Virus record (IMG/VR): IMGVR_UViG_2852885154_000004
Origin: a virus
Direction: 5' to 3' (one strand)
DNA: 64,000 nt
In this document: piece after piece, positions 60,139-64,000 of the stretch
Position numbering within the stretch: the first letter of the stretch is position 1
How the letters are laid out: each line of letters opens with the position of its first letter
The notes under the pieces: generated by a model
Seen by the model: the letters and a program-made list of their open reading frames with translations, nothing else
The model's database searches: none
Told to the model about the DNA's origin: nothing
Program-made: the position numbers and the translations under genes

Positions 60139-60324
60139 TCACCTCCCAGCTTTTGAGGTAGCTCTTTTATTGTTTTGCTCTACCTCATACGAAGAAAAAG
60201 CTAAGATTAATCTCCTAGCCATATCATTTCTTTCTACTCCATAAAATTCGTCAGGACAGATATTATGCATTGAGAATAAATTATACAGTGCAGTTATATC
60301 TCCGCCCCAACTTATTAGTTTTTT
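60139..60324 (-). CDS. -1 frameshift extension (gpGT-like) of tail chaperone
   Basis: A_AAA_AAC before stop; -1 frame open (LISWGGDITALYNLFSMHNICPDEF...) to TGA at 60139. Confidence 0.75.
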   Translation of the reverse strand, partial: KKLISWGGDITALYNLFSMHNICPDEFYGVERNDMARRLILAFSSYEVEQNNKRATSKAGR

Positions 60325-60746
60325 ATATCTTCTTTTTCCTCTAATTCATCATTAAATCCACTTAGCTCCAACACTTTATTGGCCAAGAATGATATTTCAC
60401 CTGCTAAAAGTTTTTTTCTTATATATGCTTTACCATCACTAAGCTTAAGTGGCTCTATTAACTTTGGATTATTCCAATTGAAGTTAGTTGTAGCCCCTAT
60501 AATAAGTGCAGCATCAAAATCAGCATTATTTAATTTTGTTTCAATTTTCCCATTTATTTTTCTTCTAGTTGTACATTCTTCTCTTATTCCGCTAATTTCT
60601 TTTTCAGTTAGTCCTTTTAAGTCAATTGCTATTCCTAATCTTGGCACTTGGATATTAGCTGTAGGAACGTCATGTGTCTCAAGCAACTTTGCTAATATAT
60701 CCTCTTCCTTCATTGCTAATACTTCGTCTTTTTCATTCTTCTTCAT
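60315..60746 (-). CDS. Tail assembly chaperone (XkdN-like)
   Basis: KLLAGEI....KVLELSGF. Confidence 0.82.
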   Translation of the reverse strand: MKKNEKDEVLAMKEEDILAKLLETHDVPTANIQVPRLGIAIDLKGLTEKEISGIREECTTRRKINGKIETKLNNADFDAALIIGATTNFNWNNPKLIEPLKLSDGKAYIRKKLLAGEISFLANKVLELSGFNDELEEKEDIKN

Positions 60747-60817
60747 AATAAAATTCCTCCTAAAAATTAAATATATAATAATTGCAAGGTACAATGCCCC
60801 TTGCTTGGCCTTATATT

Positions 60818-61234
60818 TTATTCAGCTTCTATTGGATCTACAAGCTCGTATCCACTAAATACAAATGGTGTTTCTGTTTCACAGATATCACCAGCTTTAA
60901 AGTTAACTAAACTAACTTTACTAGCTTTACAATTTTTTAATCTAATTCTTTCAGCTCCGTAAGCTTCTGGATCATCTAACTCTGCAAGTAATTCAAACTT
61001 CTTAAAGCCCTGCTTAATCATGTCTGATGTAACTTTATAACCTTTTATAGTTCCTGAACCTTTTTTAGCTCCAGCTTTATTATCTTCCCATTCACTTCCA
61101 CATGTAATAATTGATTTCATATCTGTTTCAACATCAGCAGTACATTCACTAACGTTGTTATGCCATTTACCATCAAGATAAATTTTGCCATAAGTTCCAG
61201 AGCAAACTCTGCTCGCATCTAATACATCATTCAT
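60818..61234 (-). CDS. Tail tube protein (XkdM-like)
   Basis: GTYGKIYLDG, LDDPEAYGAERIRL, ETPFVF. Confidence 0.9.
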   Translation of the reverse strand: MNDVLDASRVCSGTYGKIYLDGKWHNNVSECTADVETDMKSIITCGSEWEDNKAGAKKGSGTIKGYKVTSDMIKQGFKKFELLAELDDPEAYGAERIRLKNCKASKVSLVNFKAGDICETETPFVFSGYELVDPIEAE

Positions 61235-61253
61235 TTATATCACCTTGCCTTTC

Positions 61254-62696
61254 CTATTTCGTAACATTTCCAGTACCATAAACTCTTTTAATAACATCAA
61301 GATAAGTAGCATCCCATTTCCAAAAGAATTCATCTGACTTGGCATTTGCTTGTAATTCCGTATCAATCTCAACTGTAAAATCATCTTTAATTACACCTGC
61401 TGCAACTAAAGTCTCAAAATATTGCTTTAAAGCTATGATTATTAATGTTCTACCTGTATCATCATTAGTAACTTTTCCTACGAAATCTTTTCTCTTGAGT
61501 GATGTATCGCCATCTACAGCATTCATAAACTTTATTGCTCTTATACTTCCAAATACCTCTGTCTTATCATCTGTATAATTCTTAAAGGTATTAACATCGT
61601 CAACCACAATGACATTGTCAGCATCTTTAGCTAATACTAGCGTTCCAGCTGCTAGTGCTGCTGCAGTATCTGTTTTATTAAGTCTAGGCTGTATATCATC
61701 AAAGATAGTAACCGCATTACATATACTGTCTTTTAATCCTGCCGCTGTTGCTAATGCTGCTATATAAACAGCTACCTCTGAACTTGTATATGTATTTCCA
61801 TCATAAGTAGCACTTGTAGCAAAAACATTGACTATATCTTCATGATTAAATTCTTTTGACCTGCTGTTAGCCTGTTCTAATGAATAATTGCTTTGTGGCC
61901 CACCTACAAAAGCGATTATATTTGTTCCTTCTTCTTTATTTTTAATTACCCAAGCCTTTACACTTGCTTGAAGTGACTGATCTGAAATTCCATCTAGTGT
62001 GAATCCATCCATACCATAGCCTTCAAATGCACTCATTGCATCTAAATAATGCTCATTTGTTATTCCGGCTGTACCATCATTTCCACCTGTTAAAGCTTGA
62101 TTTACTACATTACCTATTGTTCCTGTGGCTCCTGGAATCTTAGTTGCAATAAGATATTCATTTTCTACATTTGAATTAATAGCTGAAATTATATCATCTA
62201 TATCTCCGCTTATAGCACTCATAGAAAATAATTGAGTTGCTCCTTCATACAATATAAAATCTACTTTAGATGAATCAGCTATATTATTTCGAATAGTAAC
62301 ATTGAACTTTCTTGTAGTTGGATACTTAGTCTCAAGTTTAATTACATCTACAGGTGTTGATGCATTATTCTTAAGAGTTAAAGTAGCAGTTTTTTGTGAT
62401 CCATCTACAACTCTATAAAATAAAACTGCTTTAGGTTGCCCAAGTAAAGCTAATTTTCCTAATCTATATGCAGTATAATTAGGATCTTCTCCAAAGGTTT
62501 TCTTTAATGTATTTTCTGCCGTTGATGTTACAGTTATAGCTGTAACAGTATTAACCGGTCCCCAGTTAGCTTTAATTGGCATAGCTAAAATACCATGAAT
62601 ACCTGTGCCAATTCTTTCTTGTGCTTTATTCTTAAATCTGTTATACCACCCTGGTATAGTTGGCTTGTTTTTTTCATCCCAGTTACCTGTTGCCAT
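61254..62696 (-). CDS. Tail sheath protein (XkdK-like)
   Basis: PGWYNRF, ANWGP, LTGGNDG, DDVNT. Confidence 0.9.
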   Translation of the reverse strand: MATGNWDEKNKPTIPGWYNRFKNKAQERIGTGIHGILAMPIKANWGPVNTVTAITVTSTAENTLKKTFGEDPNYTAYRLGKLALLGQPKAVLFYRVVDGSQKTATLTLKNNASTPVDVIKLETKYPTTRKFNVTIRNNIADSSKVDFILYEGATQLFSMSAISGDIDDIISAINSNVENEYLIATKIPGATGTIGNVVNQALTGGNDGTAGITNEHYLDAMSAFEGYGMDGFTLDGISDQSLQASVKAWVIKNKEEGTNIIAFVGGPQSNYSLEQANSRSKEFNHEDIVNVFATSATYDGNTYTSSEVAVYIAALATAAGLKDSICNAVTIFDDIQPRLNKTDTAAALAAGTLVLAKDADNVIVVDDVNTFKNYTDDKTEVFGSIRAIKFMNAVDGDTSLKRKDFVGKVTNDDTGRTLIIIALKQYFETLVAAGVIKDDFTVEIDTELQANAKSDEFFWKWDATYLDVIKRVYGTGNVTK

Positions 62697-63028
62697 TATT
62701 CAACCTTCTTTCCTAAAAATTCTTTAACCATAGCTTCAAATTCTGTTTTTGTAAGTTCAGATTTTTTGCAGCTAAATAAAGCACCTGCAACTACTTCTTT
62801 CTTGTAGCCAAGTGCTTCACTATTATCTATGAATTCTTGTATTGAGTGTGTTGGTTCATCAGTTACTATCGTTTGACTCGCCACTATAGTTTCCTCCTTA
62901 TTATCAGATTCTTTTTTAGATTGATTTTGTTCATTATTTTCTGCAGCGTCATATGATTCTGAGTTTATATTATTGCTTTCATCAACAACCTCTGAAACAT
63001 TCGCTTCAACATCATCCACAAATATCAC
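62696..63028 (-). CDS. Small acidic protein preceding sheath
   Basis: KEFLGKKVE C-terminus; position. Confidence 0.6.
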   Translation of the reverse strand: MIFVDDVEANVSEVVDESNNINSESYDAAENNEQNQSKKESDNKEETIVASQTIVTDEPTHSIQEFIDNSEALGYKKEVVAGALFSCKKSELTKTEFEAMVKEFLGKKVE

Positions 63029-63794
63029 TCCTTATTTAAATTACCTCTACTATGAATCTTATCGATAGTAGGCTTTTCATTAATTTGTACCATCTTTCTT
63101 CTAAAAAACTTGACTGTTAATTGACCTTTAGATAACATATCAGCTTCTCTATCCTCATTGATGCTTTCTATAGTTAAATAACGCCTATCTTCCAGATCTA
63201 AAGGTATTTTCAAATCAGAAATAAGTTTATTCTCTATGTCTTCCAGCAATTTATTAATTTCATTTTTATTGTTACTAGCAATATGGCATATTAGAGTTTT
63301 ATTCTCTTTAATAACAGCATTACTTTCTCTTTCCTTACTTGAATCTTTTACTCTCCATAGAATACTTGGAACTTCAAAATCCTTTTTCCATGTATTTAAA
63401 TACACTTTATAATCTATAATCTTCTTAGTGTACTCACTTAAAGCATCAAGCCATGGATCCGTATTGACTTGATCCTCTTCATGTAATGCTATTACAGTAA
63501 ATTTTAATCCTCTAGCTATAGCGTTCCATTCTTCATCTATAATATCTTGTCCTATTGCTTCTTCAAACTTACATGTGAAAGTTTCATTTACTTCTAAATC
63601 AGATATCACTTGCATATGCAATGCTTTAATGACCTTTTCAGATAATGTATCTAGATTCTTAAAAGTAGTTTTCTTTTCATATAGCCATATTTCTATAGTT
63701 CTTTTAAATCCAATAACTTCTCCATTGTCATTATCTGAACCTTGAAGTATTACTGCATAAGGTTTTAATGTGTCCATAGTTGGTACTGTAGGTT
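63025..63794 (-). CDS. Tail terminator-like gene, 3' exon
   Basis: Frame extends upstream of ATG 63777 (xAA CCT ACA GTA CCA ACT ATG) to the intron boundary; no RBS at that ATG. Confidence 0.65.
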
Positions 63795-64000
63795 ATAGCG
63801 ATAGGTAAGACTTTGAAATAATCTCCATCTTTTCCCCCGCTTCACACCGTACGTGAAACTTTCGCTTCATACGGCGTTCCAACAATTTATTGTTTTCTAA
63901 TTAAATAACTGAATTTCCTACTAACTTTCTTAAAGAATTGACACGTTTTAACCCTATTTTATCAAGTGATAATAAACCTAAATATTTTTCGATATTATCC
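63795..64000 (-). mobile_element. Group II intron, 3' end (domains V-VI; bacterial class B-like)
   Basis: GAACGCCGTATGAAGCGAAAGTTTCACGTACGGTGTG then AAGCGGGGGAAAA...CCTATCGCTAT, ending AY. Confidence 0.92.
63901..64000 (-). CDS. C-terminus of intron-encoded protein (RT/maturase)
   Basis: Open frame DNIEKYLGLLSLDKIGLKRVNSLRKLVGNSVI* ending just before domain V. Confidence 0.7.
   Translation of the reverse strand, partial: DNIEKYLGLLSLDKIGLKRVNSLRKLVGNSVI

Larger units (their letters stand above)
31139..64000 (-). mobile_element. Element B: second prophage or tailocin-like region (cargo, lysis, contractile tail); right end beyond window
   Basis: Independent Xkd tail, holins and endolysin; att-like left boundary. 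Confidence 0.8.

Noticed and set aside
1..64000. Many short antisense ORFs in the track (e.g. 1..186, 1754..1987, 6458..6784, 39522..40142, 60379..60858)
   Set aside because: Shadow frames of well-supported opposite-strand genes; no RBS or motifs.
1..64000. Single phage with a duplicated tail, or an assembly artefact
   Set aside because: The sheath, tube and TMP sets are highly divergent and separated by a host-gene fragment with att-like arms.

Overview
Low-GC Clostridium-like DNA holding two co-oriented temperate myovirus-like prophages back to back. Prophage A (<1-~31053) runs leftward: large serine integrase, ImmA/CI/Cro switch, RecT/DnaB replication, ArpU/RinA-like late activator, terminase, portal, MuF, capsid and an XkdK/M contractile tail. 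Element B (~31139->64000) carries about 12 kb of cargo (MgtC, ComEC-like MBL lipoprotein, ABC solute-binding proteins, a dead IS3 element, many ORF-less promoter-hairpin units), lysis genes, Ig-like secreted proteins and a second, different Xkd tail. One of its tail genes is interrupted by a group II intron. The main unannotated signal is the junction. The two elements are separated by only 87 bp that read, on the minus strand, as the Walker-A-to-Asp-box segment of a PilB/ComGA-type pilus ATPase (TGSGKTTTIYTILKEIDSKALNITTLEDP). This segment is bounded by TG dinucleotides and inverted att-like arms, suggesting one host gene cut twice by two elements. Joining the two phage arms at TG also restores an otherwise start-less XRE-HTH gene in frame. 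Other highlights are a Tad1 anti-defence sponge with a candidate second sponge beside it, a MuF-HExxH toxin/immunity pair, a Spo0E-like domain, two programmed -1 frameshifts and LexA boxes on cargo. All family calls come from recalled motifs and gene order; no searches were run.
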